From Lophium mytilinum (taxonomy: Eukaryota), in contig MU004185.1 of assembly GCA_010093605.1 (NCBI GenBank), forward strand, positions 579,334 to 643,333: a stretch of 64,000 bases of DNA. The letters are read 5' to 3'. This document shows, piece by piece, positions 43,737 to 56,998 of the stretch. Within the stretch, counting starts at the first letter, position 1. Each line of letters opens with the position of its first letter. The position numbers and the translations under genes were made by a program. The notes under the pieces were generated by a model. That model was not told where the DNA came from. It ran no database searches and was given only the letters and a program-made list of their open reading frames with translations.

Positions 43737-45137
43737 TCAGTAACGTAGCGACGCTTTCCTGCTCTTGAGTGCGAATTTCAGGTTCCCCCTCTTGATCTCG
43801 GTGGTCTTTACGAGCTCCTTGGCCCAGGTTGCGATGTTGCTGGTAACGGTCCGCTTGGACTTCTTCACAGTGCCAGTTTCGCCGTTGGACACAAGGATCT
43901 TCTGATCACCTGCTTGAGTGTTTCCGGCGAGAGCCCCCTTCAAACCTGCAGAGAGGAGGGCAGATTTGAGGGCTGCTGGGTCGGCTGCGAGCTTAGCATC
44001 CCGGGCCATCATATAAGCCATGACGCCGGTGACGTGGGGGCAAGCCATGCTGGTGCCGCTGAGAGTGTTGATAACGTTGTCGGCGGTGTTCCACGCAGAG
44101 ATAACGTCCTTGCCGGGAGCATAGATATCGGTGCACTTGCCGGTGTTGGAGAAGGTAGAGATGCCATCGTCGATGTCGATGCTGCCCACGGAAACGACAG
44201 CGCTGTTCGGCCCACCATTGTCCGAAGGGCTGGAGTCGCAGGCGTCGGCGCCTGAGTTGCCGGCTGCTACGCTAATGTGGATTCCAGCAGCACTGGCCGC
44301 CTTGATGACGGAGTCAACTGACGAGGAGACGCTTCCGACACCCCACGACATGCTCATGATGCTGCCAACGAAACCGGGTTGAGTCTTGCGCTGGTTGTGC
44401 TGGTCAACAACCCAGTCAATACCCGCGACGCTGTCAGAGAGCGGGCCAGTGCCCTGATCGTTGAGAACCTTGACTGCAATGATATTCGCGCCGGAAGCTA
44501 CGCCAAATACAGCCCCTGCGGCTGTGCCTGCAGTATGTGTACCGTGGCCATCACCATCAGTGTTATCGGATTTGTCGGCTGAGAACCCTTGGGTAGCACG
44601 ACCTCCAAAGACGCCATGGGTAACGCGGACGCCTGTGTCTACGACGTAGATATCGACACCTTGTCCCTGGGTTCCGTCGGCTCCCTCAAAGTTGTAGGTG
44701 AAGTCAAGGTCAGTTGCGGAGCCCTGCACTGCCGACGAGCTTGAAATGCGCTGAGTGCCCCAGGTAGCGCCCGATCGGGTGTCGTAGGAAGAGATCTCGA
44801 TGGCCTTCTCGACATGAGCAACGTCCTCCATGGCGTTGAGGGCGTCGATGCAATGAGATTTCATGTTGGCGGCGAAACCACGGAAGGCAGAGTTGTTGAA
44901 TGTCCATCGGACGTCGGAGTGCTCGACATTTAGCTGGATGCGAGAGAGCACTTCAGCGACATGAGGAGTAGTTGCTTGGGAGTTGTTGAAGATAACGACA
45001 TACTCGTCGCCACCGGTTTGGTGAGCGCCGGGAGTGACGTTTGATATGAAACCGGCCCCAACTCCGGGAGTAGGCGCGGCGATGACAGTAGAAGCCAAGG
45101 TCGCAAGAAGAGCGGTGATCCTGAATAAAGTTGCCAT
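43737..45137 (-). CDS. Secreted subtilisin-like serine protease (S8, proteinase K-like) with I9-type prodomain
   Basis: Signal peptide MATLFRITALLATLASTVIA; prodomain YVVIF...FRGFAA; catalytic triad YVVDTG, DGHGTHTAGT, LSGTSMACPHVTG; oxyanion AAGNSG. Coding region is intronless. Confidence 0.95.
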   Translation of the reverse strand: MATLFRITALLATLASTVIAAPTPGVGAGFISNVTPGAHQTGGDEYVVIFNNSQATTPHVAEVLSRIQLNVEHSDVRWTFNNSAFRGFAANMKSHCIDALNAMEDVAHVEKAIEISSYDTRSGATWGTQRISSSSAVQGSATDLDFTYNFEGADGTQGQGVDIYVVDTGVRVTHGVFGGRATQGFSADKSDNTDGDGHGTHTAGTAAGAVFGVASGANIIAVKVLNDQGTGPLSDSVAGIDWVVDQHNQRKTQPGFVGSIMSMSWGVGSVSSSVDSVIKAASAAGIHISVAAGNSGADACDSSPSDNGGPNSAVVSVGSIDIDDGISTFSNTGKCTDIYAPGKDVISAWNTADNVINTLSGTSMACPHVTGVMAYMMARDAKLAADPAALKSALLSAGLKGALAGNTQAGDQKILVSNGETGTVKKSKRTVTSNIATWAKELVKTTEIKRGNLKFALKSRKASLRY

Positions 45138-47489
45138 GTTGAAGGAAAGGTTGAAGGTTGGTAGACTCCTCTGGAGCACGTGATTTGAATGAAAGTTGAG
45201 CGCAAGGGCCTGATGCATTGCACTAGTGAAGGGATGTCGAAATAGCTGTTGCAAAGGTCAGCGGAGGCCTGAATGAGTGAAGGTACGAGAAGAGAGTATT
45301 TATGGAGCGTGTAGTGAAGGTGACAATGACAGATTGTACAGTGACAGCAACCTATGTGCGAGGCGCACATTGCTAGATATAGTCAAGGGACAAGGCATTG
45401 TGGAGGAAACAAAGATATTGTTCCAGATTGGGGCAGCATTGGCAAACAGGCGGCGAGCAGACAAGGCATTGACAGACTGAGTGGAGGAGGTGTTTGGTAC
45501 TTACTCCGACGCAGCGAGTGAGCGAGGTTGAACAATCTCCGTTTCAAGTGTAAAGAGGGTTTGTCAAGTCGTCAAACGTGCCAGCACGCAGGGCAAAAGA
45601 TGCCGGATTGAAGTGAGTGAAGTGAAGAGAAGAATGGGGTATGGAGAACGAAGGGAAGACAGGGCACAGGGCGCTGTCGAAGGCTTAATGTAAAAGAGGG
45701 TGGATGGAAAGGAAAAAAAAGACTGTGACTCCGCAGCTGGCAGCAAGAGCGATGAGGCCGTCGTTGGAGAGGCCGGGGCCGACGGTGCTCATGTACCTAC
45801 GCACATTGGCGAGGCGGTAAACACCAAAGCAGCACGACGACTTCTCGCAACTGAAACACCTTGGCCGGCCCAATGTGCGCTGGCGCCCGTTCGCTGGTGA
45901 AGGCCGCGTGCCTGGCGAGCAGAGCCGTCCACGGGTGCAGTAGGCAGTTTCTGCACCTTGCAACCATCACCATATCCGGAATCTTACACCGTACTCAGCG
46001 CGGCTCGTCTGCATGAACATTTCTTGCTGGTCCAGCGAGTGATTATGACCATTAAGATGATATGCCTTCGCCGCAAACCAGTCTCTGAGAGCCTGCTGGG
46101 GGCCTTCATACCACGGTAACTATGTGTACACACACTCACAATGAAGCTCTGTCTTCAATCTCGATGCCCAGGAAGCCGCGGTTCCTCCCGCCCGCCAGCA
46201 CTCAAATACGAGACCCTAATACCCCATAAACCACAGACCCCTACCCCCGTCCCACTCAAGAGTTTTCACACCCGGCACTCCTCCCAAAAAGCCTAAAACA
46301 CCTCCCCCTCGCCCTCCCATAGGCCAGCCCAAACAAAGCCACCCGCCGGGCAGTTTCGACATCTCCCAGGCGTCATGCAAGCCTCAGGGCCCGCCGCCTC
46401 GATTGGCCCACCGCTCCTGAAACCGGCCCACCGCCGTGGAAACGCGCGCCCAGCCAGCCAGTCCCGCGCCGACCTGCCCTTGCGCATGAAGACTCTGTAA
46501 AATCCAGGGGGCGGCGCGCGCACGCTTCGCAATGCCGACGTCGACAGAGGGCTCGCAAGCCAGTCCTGGCTTTTGGAATCGCGATCTCCGCTGGCGACGG
46601 GACGGCCCTCCGTGGCCAACGATACGGCCGGCTCACGTGGATTCGCGGACGGCGGAGAGACACATGACTGTGGGAGGGCGCCCTAGGGGGAGATTGAGAG
46701 GACTGACCTCGGGACCGTCCTCGTGTGCGCAGCGCATGTTTCGAACGCGAGCCGTGGTGCGGATCGGTGCCGTGTTTCGTTGCATCCGGCGCTGCTTGCC
46801 TGAATGGGGGGCGGGCGGGATCGGTGCACCGATGCAGTAGGTTGCAGAGGGATGGCGCTGGATGGGAGCCTCGAACGCAGTCGAGTCGTGGAGGTGCGTT
46901 AGTCGAGGGGGGAGGACTTCACGATTGGATATAGAGGTAGGTACGATAGTAAGCTGTAGTCATGCATTGTGAGAAGTGTGGTTGTGGAGTCTGTTTAACG
47001 TTTGACGTGGATTTCTTAGTGATCCATCGCTTTGCGCACAGTTCCTACGAGAAGTAGAGTTTGCTGTCAAGCCAGCTCTGCTGGAGCCTGCTGCATACCT
47101 GAATACATCAAGCACGTATTATTTCCTACTCTACAGAACAGTTCATATATGTACTACAACATCAAGCTCTGTCTATCTAAACAACCAAGCTCCGCAGTGT
47201 CACCTCATCACGCAACATCCCATCATCTGCGTCGAGCACATGTCGTGCACGCATTATACATTCTCTCGCGCACTGTATCAACACAAACTCCCGATCCCTG
47301 TCTCACAAACTCCAAATCTCCGAGCACCTCTCATACACAGATAGTGATAGCAAGAAAAAATGTACAATTTCCAAGGTACGGTACAGTACAACATAGGGAG
47401 GCAATACGCAATGCAAAATCCCAGTCCGAGCGCGCTCCCATAATCACACCCATCTATAATCATCCCCTAGCCTGATCAATGTCCAAAGC

Positions 47490-50400
47490 TTACACTTCCT
47501 CATCGCTATCCTCGCCCAGCAACTCGCCCTCGTCCGGATCCACCACTGCATAGTCTCCACCGCGCGCAAAAGAGCTTCGTGATGTGAATGTCCTGCCCCC
47601 GTATCCTCCGCCCATCCGGCTCGACACAGCGCGCCACGCCGACCCGATCACCATCGGAATTGCGACCACCACGGCCACGAGCGCTGAAATGGCGGCCACG
47701 GGCCAGCTGATCCAAGGACTATTGCTGTCGAAACTGGGTGCCCCGTCGCCTAGCCTAATCCGGCCGAATTTGCCATCCCAGTTGGCCCAGACCCAGTAGC
47801 CGACGCCTGCCGCCGCGAGGATGGGGAGAACGATAGCCAAGAAGAGGCCGAAGCCAGAGATGCCGTGCTTCTTCTCATACTCGCCTTCCCAGCCAGGGCA
47901 AGGGAGGACTTGACTCGTGTGGTCCATTTCTTTGCCGTCTTGACAGGTGGATAGAGGAATTCGGCGGTAGCCTGTCACAGCCCAGTATTCCCTCAATTTG
48001 GGATTGTCTTTGCACGCCTGGATGGGGTCGGGCACGGAAAGGCCCTGAATGAGTGTGCATTCGCCACTAGGTTGGCGCTCAAAATTGTAGTCACTAGATG
48101 TGCGTTAGCTTTGCAAGTTCACATCTCCCATGTGAAAAGGTTACTTACCACTCAAAGTCTCTCCTGGTGCAGCTGCAGTTCCTAGCAATATTGTGCAGAT
48201 GATCAATCTTCTTCCCGTTGAGGCAATCAGTGGAGGTTTCCTTCTTCCTGTGATACTCCGCCACATGGCCGAACAGACAGTTATTTTCTTGCGAAGGATG
48301 TCCGGGGATCCAAATATCGTAGTCGCCAGCTTCGGGGTTTTCTTCGTCGAGGTCGCAAATCCGGTCGAATTTACCAGAAAAGTCGAGGTTGACCGTGATG
48401 GGCCCTTTCTTGTCCTTGCCCCATAGTAAAAAGTTGAGAGATGTGTCGCTAGGAACCGTCGTGATGGAATCGATCCTGACTGCGTGATCGCTAAACCTGT
48501 GTAGTTGGAAGGGTGTCCTACCCTCGTCAACCGAGTAGTACACGTGATCTGTGTCTTCGTTTTTACGAACGATGACGATCACAGAGCCTTGGTCGCCAAA
48601 TTCGTACATATATGGGCCCTTCTTTATCTCAATCCAGTTAATCCCAGCGTCACGAGTCAAGAAAGTGCTGCCTTCATCATACAGACTTAAAGTTTCGCCC
48701 ACGTTTCCTACACCCATCATCAAGCCGACGGCAGTTGGTGAAGAGAACGTCTCCCGTGGGTCTCCGCGTTCCGTATATCCATGTAGATGAAGGGAGCATT
48801 TGCTAAGATCGCCGGAGCAGTCGTATTTCTTGCCATCTGAGTCTTTTGCGGGGGGAGCGAGGAAAGCCCAGTCGGCGCCGTCATTGTGTGTGATCTTGCT
48901 TTTCATCTGCTTTTTCGCACCGCCGTCCACGGCCTCGCGATTAGCAATAACGTTGACAAGAGCAACTCCTTCTATGCCTTGCATCTTCTCAAAGTCAACG
49001 TAGCCAGCCGTGTTTCTGTTGACATCGTTAATGCTTAGAACATAGGATGTGCCGTTGCTGTTGCTCTTGATAATCGTGCCATATTCTTGCTCTCTCGCTG
49101 GATTGACAGTGACATGAAGGAAGATCGAGTGCGTAGAGCTATCTAAGACCGTGTACGCTTGTTGATGGTCGACGTTGAACTTCGGAGGGAACTTCGCATC
49201 GGCGAACACTTTCCCGTCGAGACTAGCATCCAGCTTCAACGACTTGCGGTCCTCCGTCTTTGACGCCACAATGATGAACTCCGACATTGTCGCGAACTCG
49301 ACAACATCGTTGAATCGAATGTCCTTATGCTCAAACCAGTCTTCACTAGCTACGAGCTGCAATGGTTCGTCTGGGTTTTCCTTGGCGTATTGCTCGCAGA
49401 AGACGAGTTTCTCGTTAACTTGTCGGCCATCTTCTCGCCACATGAACTGGCACTTCTTGACAAAAGTAGTCAACGCCTTCCACTCTTGACCGTTCTTCGT
49501 GGATACGGACGCAGTGGAGTGGCATCCATCTTGCCCAGCTTTGCAGTCCTCGGCACCGATCCAGATAAGCCAGTCTTCTTGCTGTGGATGGAAGCCCATA
49601 ATCTGTAGCATCTGTGTATTCGGTGCAGTAGGCGCGTCGAAATGCTTCATGACCTTCTCTAGCGCTCTGTCTTCAGAGTAATATACCTTATTAGTGGCCG
49701 TGATTAGGTACACGTAGTCGTTGTTGTATTGATGCGGGTAGATAGCCACAATGTCATCATCGACCAACTTCTTCCAGCTCTTGCCATGGTCATGAGTAAC
49801 CCACGCCTCCCGTTCGCTTGTCAGCGCTACGATGGTCTCGTCTTTCTCATGAGCGACGCCCCCTCGCTCCAAATAGAAGTGTTCGCGGAAACCTTGGCCC
49901 TTGAATTGGGTTATTTTCTGTGTTATGTCACCACTTGATGGCGGAACCTTGGTGTCGGAGCATTGTCGCTCCTCTGGCTTGTCTTTCTTCACACCGCCTT
50001 CGCACATGTTTCCGGGTATCAATCGCCACCCGGAGCTACCTGTATAGGTCTTTTGGTCGCCTTCGCACTCTCCTTCCGGAGCGGTCAAGGCACCTGAGGG
50101 GACACATTTCTTCTTGTCGCCGTCCCATTCAGGGACGAAGTTGAAGTCGCACTCGAAGTCTCTCTCCGTGCACTCGCATTTTTTGAACACGGGTACCGGG
50201 TCCTTGAACTCTTCGTCCACGAAACAATCGGCATCCCATTTCCGTCGACGGAAACTTTGTTCTTGGCCCATGACGCAAATCGGCTTGCCATCGTCATCTA
50301 CTCGCGCATTCCAATTGATGAAATCGTTCTTCTTACACTTTCCTTCATGGAGCGCTGAGAAGTCCAGGGAAGAAATGAAGTGCTCAGCATCGTTATCCTT

Positions 50401-52090
50401 CCCGCGCCTTATCCCAGTGAGAATAAACTGCAAGCTTGTCGAGTCCGGTATCGTGGTCAGCTCGAAAGCCTTGAACTTAAATCCCATATCGAATTTCTCC
50501 CAGGTGTCCGGTCGACCGTGCTTTAGTGAGTAATAGATCTTATCGGTTTCGCCTTCGTCGAAGACAGCAACAAGAACCGATCCGGCATCGCCAAATTCGT
50601 ACTTATGCGCCTCCTTTAGGGCCAATTTCCAAGTAAGTCCAGCGTCATCCGACACATAGAGATCCCCTTCTCCATACGGTTTCAAATATTCGCCGGTATT
50701 GCCCACACCCATGACAATTCCTGGCGCAGGGCTGGAGAAAACTCTTCCACTGTTGCGCAGATTGGTGACCGAGTGCAGATGTAGGTCCTTGTCATCGACT
50801 TTGAGATTCTCAAAAGTTCTACCATCGTCGAAACTTATCTGAGAAGCAATCTTCTTCACGGCCCAGGATTTCTCTACCTCTTCCCAGTTCTTAACCACGT
50901 TCACCAGGACAATTCCCTGAATATTGGAGATCTTTTCGAAATCGACGTATCCCTCACGGTCACGATTCGTATGGTCGATATTTTTGGTGAAGTAGGTACC
51001 ATTAGAGTTGCTGGTAAAGAGAGCCCCGACAGAGGCCCACTTGTTGGTATTGACATCGACCTGGACGCTATAATTCGTAGACTCGAGGATTGTGTATGCG
51101 TCCTCTTCGACCTTGTGGTCACCGAACTCCGCTCGGTGCCAAGTGATTGTATCGTCCGTGACATAGAGAGCAAGTTCGGCGCTGCCCGGTGCCTTAGCAG
51201 CTGCAACAATGTACCCCTTGACCGCAGCCATGTTGGATATCCCAGACACGGTGCGGCCAGCCGACATGACGGGTTCCTCTTCGTCATCGAAGAAGCTGTT
51301 CTGGTCAGCATTGTTCATAGGAGTTTGCAGGGTTGTCCGCGAGCATGATTGCTCAAATGTCCAACTCACTTGTCAGAGATGACCATCTTGAAATCCTTCA
51401 CCAGCCTGGAGTATTTGCCCTTGACAATACATAGAACGCGGTCGTCGTGCTTGCCTTCGTCATTTGCTAGGAAGAGATCTGTACTCTTGGCCCATATACA
51501 CATCTTGCGATCGCCGCGGAGGAGCTTGGTGGTTTTGAAGCCATCCTCGGTGTACCAAGTCTAATGTCATGGATATTAGCAACGATGACTACACAAAAAT
51601 CTTAAAGCTGAGAAGTAATGCTCACCTTCCCTAGGCATAAGAAATCCGAGCATTCGTCACCTCCATGGAAGAGGATCTTCTTGCTATCCTTTGCGTGAAA
51701 GCTCACGGGGGAGCCTCCCAACGCTATAGCCCCGTCTGTATCAAAAGCGGTCCACGATTCGCCCTGGTCGTAGGTAATCCAATGTGTTGAGTCGCCGCCA
51801 AACACAATCGCCACCTTATTATCAAAAGGGTTCTTGAGAACACCCAGAGCCTTGTTATCGGGTATGTCCTTCACCGGATTCCACTCTTTCCCAGCATCTT
51901 CTGATCGCCATATTGTCCCCTTCAAAGGCTCCGTGACCAGCACAATCTCCGAGTCGTCAAAGTAGAATAGATTCTGGGTTCGGGTTTCGAAGGCCTTGGT
52001 CTCTAGTTCGGGGCCTTTCTTGTCTTTTGCGGACGCCGGTCCGATCGCCACCAATAGGGCGGGCAGCAGTATGCCCTTAAGGAATCGCAT
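47490..52090 (-). CDS. VPS10: Vacuolar protein sorting receptor (Vps10/sortilin family), 4 exons
   Basis: Signal peptide MRFLKGILLPALLVAIGPASA; many BNR/Asp-box repeats (SEDAGKEW, TYDQGESW, SFDDGRTF, SDDAGLTW, THNDGADW); two Vps10 domains each with a Cys-rich module (CECTERDFECDFNF, CSCTRRDFE); C-terminal TM segment and acidic tail EGELLGEDSDEEV. Confidence 0.95.
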
Positions 52091-53068
52091 GATGCATAGG
52101 TGGGGAGGGAAGGATGGAGGAGCAACAGGTCGATGATGTGGACAGCTGTCGCAAAAGGGCTGAGGCGCGTGAAGCAGGCACCTATTGGAAAGCCGCGCCA
52201 AGGATCGCTCCGCCCCCGGCGGTGATAGACTGAACGCAGCGGCTCCGCACGAAGTGCTAAATTTACGCAATGCTACATATTTTCACGAATCCAACAGGCC
52301 CTATTTCCGTCCTAGAAGCAGCTTCTCGCCTAGAGAGTAGACTTTGTACTACATTACCAGAGTTGACATCTGTTCCAGGGATGTTTCACAATATCAACTG
52401 CGACCCCACGCCTACGAGGCATGTGACGACATTCTTGTCCAAATTAGTCACGAAGAGAGTTGTTCCACTACCATGTGTGCAGTGATCCAGACACTGGAAA
52501 TGATAGTATTACCGCTTTTAGAATCACTTCGGTTTCAAGTTGTCCGTCGAGACGACAGCCTACATGCGAGCTGCGCTGAGAGCCTCTAATCTCAATCCTC
52601 GCCCTCACGGCACAGACGTTCGGAACTAGCATCATTGCAGGCAGCTTGATTGATATGCAAGACCCTAAAGTAATGAAAGACCATTGCCTCATCGCTTCTG
52701 CCGCCCACCATTTCCGATCCCCGATCCGATAAAAAGAGCCTCCTCCCCCCGTGTCCCACCCAATGAAGCCAAGATCAAGCATATGTACAGTTTCGCTTGT
52801 AGCCGTGCAGAAAGAAAAGAGAGGCCCCTCAACTACTCGTTAGGGATTTTCTTCGTCCAAAAAGTGAAAGCCACTGAGAGTAGCAGTGTCAGAAAGCATC
52901 GGCACCCAGACTAGCCTGATTTTTCGCGCGCTGCTCCCGTATAGAAGCCAAAAGTAGCTGAATTGCAAGGTAGTGCAAATTAGTTCATTGTACCAGGTGC
53001 CTGTACTCTAAGCGCTGGACAAGACTAATTAGCCTGCTCCTAAGATGGAATAGATCTAGTTGCGCTCC

Positions 53069-55141
53069 TCAAGTAGCCGCGGTTGGCTCGATAACCGCCT
53101 CAGTAGAAGCCGCAGGTTCTTCAGTGGCCGGTGCCTCGGCTTTGGCATCCGCCATCGGCACATCACCATCAACATCGGCTTTCTTCGTGGATTCAACTTC
53201 AGCAGGTGTCTTAGCTGGTGCTGCTAGTGCAGGGGCTTCAGGGGCGACCGGCTCTTCGGGCTTCGACTCGGCCTTCTCTCCATTCACGCCGTTTGTCGTG
53301 GCTGGCAAGGGAGCTGCGGGAGCTACCACTGGGGTTTCCATATCAGAAGATAGTACGGAGGTCCATCCAGTGAGAAGATCGGCGGAACGCGACTTGAACT
53401 TGAACTCTTCTTCCTTAGGGATCGAATCTAGCTTGATTATGGCCTTCAGAACTTTGTGAATCTTGGTGTTCTTGATGATTTCACCTTCAAGGTCGGTATA
53501 GTTCTCGAGCTGCTTGAAGTAGTCAGACATGGTAGCCATCTCCTCTTCCTTAGGGGTCTGATCGCGAGTCAGGAAACCCTTCTGGAGTCGGTGTCGAAGA
53601 TAGAGTACTGGTAAAAAGTCAGCGCGGTCTTACTTCCAGTTGAACGTCAAAACGAACCACCCTTCGAACGCTTCTCCTTGCGTTCTTCCTCCGTCATTGG
53701 CTTCTCTTCCGCCTTTGCGGAATCTTCCTCATCTTCGCTCTCAGCCTTGGCCTTAGCCTTCTTTGGCTTGGGGATTTTCTTGGGCTTCACAGCAGATTCA
53801 TCTTTCGGGGTCTTGTTAGTGAGCTTCAATTTGGTCTTTGGGGTTTTGGCCGGCTGGAAACAACATTAGCAATGAAAAAACCAGGTTTCAGAGGGGTTTT
53901 CACCTTTTCGCCCTCCGCGTCACTGTCCGCGTCCTTCTTGCGCTTCTTGGTGGCCTTCGCCTTTTTTGGAGCTGCTTCCCCGTCTACTCCGTCCTCCATC
54001 TCAACATCTTCGTCGACAACAGGAGCGCTCTTGCGTCGTCCACCCTTTTCTTTCTTCTCCTTCTTGATGGCCACAGCTTTCTCGGCTTGTTCCTCGAATG
54101 CTGCGGATTCGGCTAAGGTAGCCTTTTCGTGTTCCGCCAGCATATGCTTGAACCAAGGCAGATCGTGCTCTTCTGCGGCGACCTTGTAGGCCTCCCACAA
54201 AGCCTTCGTCTTCTTGCCCTGGTTGTCATCCTCGACTTCCTTCTTCAGGCCGTCCATGTCAATAGGCTGAAGGTCTGTGTTGACTTGCCACGAGCTGTAC
54301 ATCAAGTGCGTTAGCTTACAGAGAATTCAGAGAGCGCTCTGCCAGGTAACAATCGCAGAACAGGGGAGACGGGGGAACTCACAATTCGTTAGTTCCCATG
54401 AACATGATAGGATACCGCCTATCTTTGGCATTCTTAGCACCTACTTGGAAATCTTCGCGATATGTGCCGTCCAATCGCTTCGCGCTTACAGGACGCTTGC
54501 TGAGAAGGCTCTCGGGGAGCATCTCCTCGTCGCACACGATGACCGGCCAAGGAGGGAAGCCTCGCATGGCAACAAACCAGTATTGACCAGGCTCCACGTC
54601 GAGGCGCAGTGTCACGGTAGACTTCTTGCGACTCAAAGCCTTCTTCTTGCTATGTTCGGGAACGCCTGCGCCAGACTTCCTCCTAGGGCCGCCCTTCTTG
54701 ACAGAGGCTGGTGTGCCATTGGTGGCAGCCGCAGTCGGGGCTTCAGAGCCTACAAAGCCAATGTTAGCATCCGAGTAACGTGCACCTTCTCCGAACTAGG
54801 AGCAGCTCATCACTGCTCTTTATTCTATTGTAGGCTCACCATTGTCATCCGTGTTCTCAATGTTTGCAGCGGTAGCAGTGAGCTCCTCAGATGTGGTAGG
54901 CGCGGTCGGGACGGGTGTGGGCTTGTCTCCTGCTAGAAGGAAGTTCGTCAGCGAGCAGCTTATCGTGGTCGATAGAGCCTCACTTACCAGCAGCGGGCTC
55001 GGCGGACTTAGTGACGTCGTCGCCTTCCGCGGCGACAGCTTCCGTAGGAGCAGAGGCCGTCGAGGGCTCAGCTGAACGCGTCGGCTCCGCGTTCACCGCG
55101 AGCGCCTCTGTTGGTGCGGCTGGGGTGGATGAGTCTGCCAT
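53069..55141 (-). CDS. PWWP-domain chromatin protein (Pdp3-like) with C-terminal helical bundle; multi-exon
   Basis: QYWFVAMRGFPPWPVIVCDEEMLP...YPIMFMGTNE (PWWP); K/E-rich linker; VLYLRHRLQKGFL...IIKNTKIHKVLKAIIKL. Start MADSSTPAA at 55141. Exact exon borders not all resolved. Confidence 0.85.
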
Positions 55142-56413
55142 TGTATGGAGTCGCGCCTGGGGTAGCACGGGCAGAATGACGCGTAGCGTTGGCTCCGGGT
55201 CGCGAAAACAGTGGTGAGAGCGTGCTGTGGCACGGGAGCAGGTTGCAAATGATGGTGTTGACGATGGCGTCGATGGTAGCGGATGTTGTTGATGGATTCG
55301 GGAAGGTGGTGTGGGAGAGTGAGTTTGGTGGAGGAAGCTGTTCAAATCTGAGAACCGAAGTTGGTGTTGGGGCCGCCACGTGCCAAGGCCAGCCCAAACC
55401 GCCTGCAGATCGGTCAACACGTGCTCAATAATGGTCGCGGAAGTTTCGCGAAAGTCGCAGGAGACTCACAGACCGTATCTAAGCCGTCTCCCAGGATTGC
55501 AATTGCTTTCAGAGTGCGGGGTGTGCGAAGGCCGGCCGTTTCGTGTTGTTGTGATGGATTCGGCTAGCGCGCAGCTTTGACCGCTCCTGAAAGTTGCCTC
55601 TCATTGTTTGGCTCCAAGGTTTGCGACGGCCGAAGGCGGAAGCCGACACCCGACCGCTCACAGGTGAATGATCTTGCAAGCGACAGCCCGGAGATTGTAT
55701 AGTAACGATTCATACCCCGTATTTCGAACTGGTTGTATATACGGCGGCTGTTTGAAAACAAAGTCGTAGTCCAGCACAGTTTGAGGTGGCCCGGACAGCC
55801 ATCGAGTCGGCCAGACCTATCGCTTTACGAATTTTAGTGACATGATGGAGAATCTCAAGCAGTGCTAGGCGAGTATAGACAAGCTTTGAGAGAGTGTACA
55901 GCAAGTACCTGAGAAACTCGCATGTATCCCTGGACTTCCGCTTCACACCCAGGAAGGCTAACTGGTGAGCGCATGCCGGCAAGCAGTGCGTATTCGACGT
56001 GTTTGTCGGCCTGCACCTGACAACACTCCGGAGCAGCTTGGGCACGATGTGTAATAGAAAGATCCCGTCCAATATCACCAGAAGAGGTAGGTGGCGATTG
56101 CATGGCACGTACTGATCTTGCGCCGGCGGAGTGATCTACACCTCCAGCCTTCGGAAATGGAGACTGTCTCTGCGGGTAGCGCAAAAGCGTTCATGGGACG
56201 AAGAAGACCGTAACGAGCATTATATTGATAGTCGCGTTGTCAAAGCGGGGGGGAATCGCGCTATGGGACAAGTATTTCACGTTGTCGCGCCCAGTGTTCG
56301 GAAATTTGCGAAACTGCGTGCAAGAGCGGATGCCAGTGCCTGACCTGAGTGATGATGGTTAGCTTTGTCTATAGTCTTTCTAAATATAAGAAGGTCAAAC
56401 TTGGCTCACCCTT

Positions 56414-56998
56414 TTGGTTGCCGCAATAGGCATTCAAAAGCGCTGGATCCAAACTCGATCGTATGCGCATAAGAGGCGGGCCTTATCTGTTCGTGGACGT
56501 GTTCAGCTTTCTAAGCAGAATAGAGATGGATTCAGGTGGTATCGCAACGTGCAACGCTTTTTGGATGAATTGGATGTCAATCGAAATGTTTATGGAGACA
56601 CTGTTGTTTGTTGCAATGGAAACTCTGAACTTGTATCAAAGGAGAAAATTGATATCGCTCTAAATGATGGCGGCAACATCAACAATGGCAACAACCTGGA
56701 AAAGTTGGCAGATACTTCTGATGTTGTTTTTACTGTTTGAGAGACAAACAGAATATGAGAGGAAGACTTGAAGGTAAACATTATTTAGAGATTGAAGAAA
56801 TACGCTCGAAAGCGAGTATACCTAGATACAAGAGAAAGAACCAGCCGCTCTGGTAACCCGCCCAGAGCAGATAGACAGATCATGTTCCCAGATTCTGAAG
56901 AAGCGAAAGCAGCCGTTAGGAACAGAATTATGCAATTACATGCGCCTTACTTTTCATTCACGAAGCGCGTTTATCAGCTTATGCACTACAACTGTTAG
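56414..56998 (+). pseudogene. Possible decayed coding remnant
   Basis: ORF pieces 56414-56740 and 56792-56998 are in the same frame, separated by three stops (TGA, TGA, TAG) within ~55 nt. No recognised domain. Confidence 0.25.
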
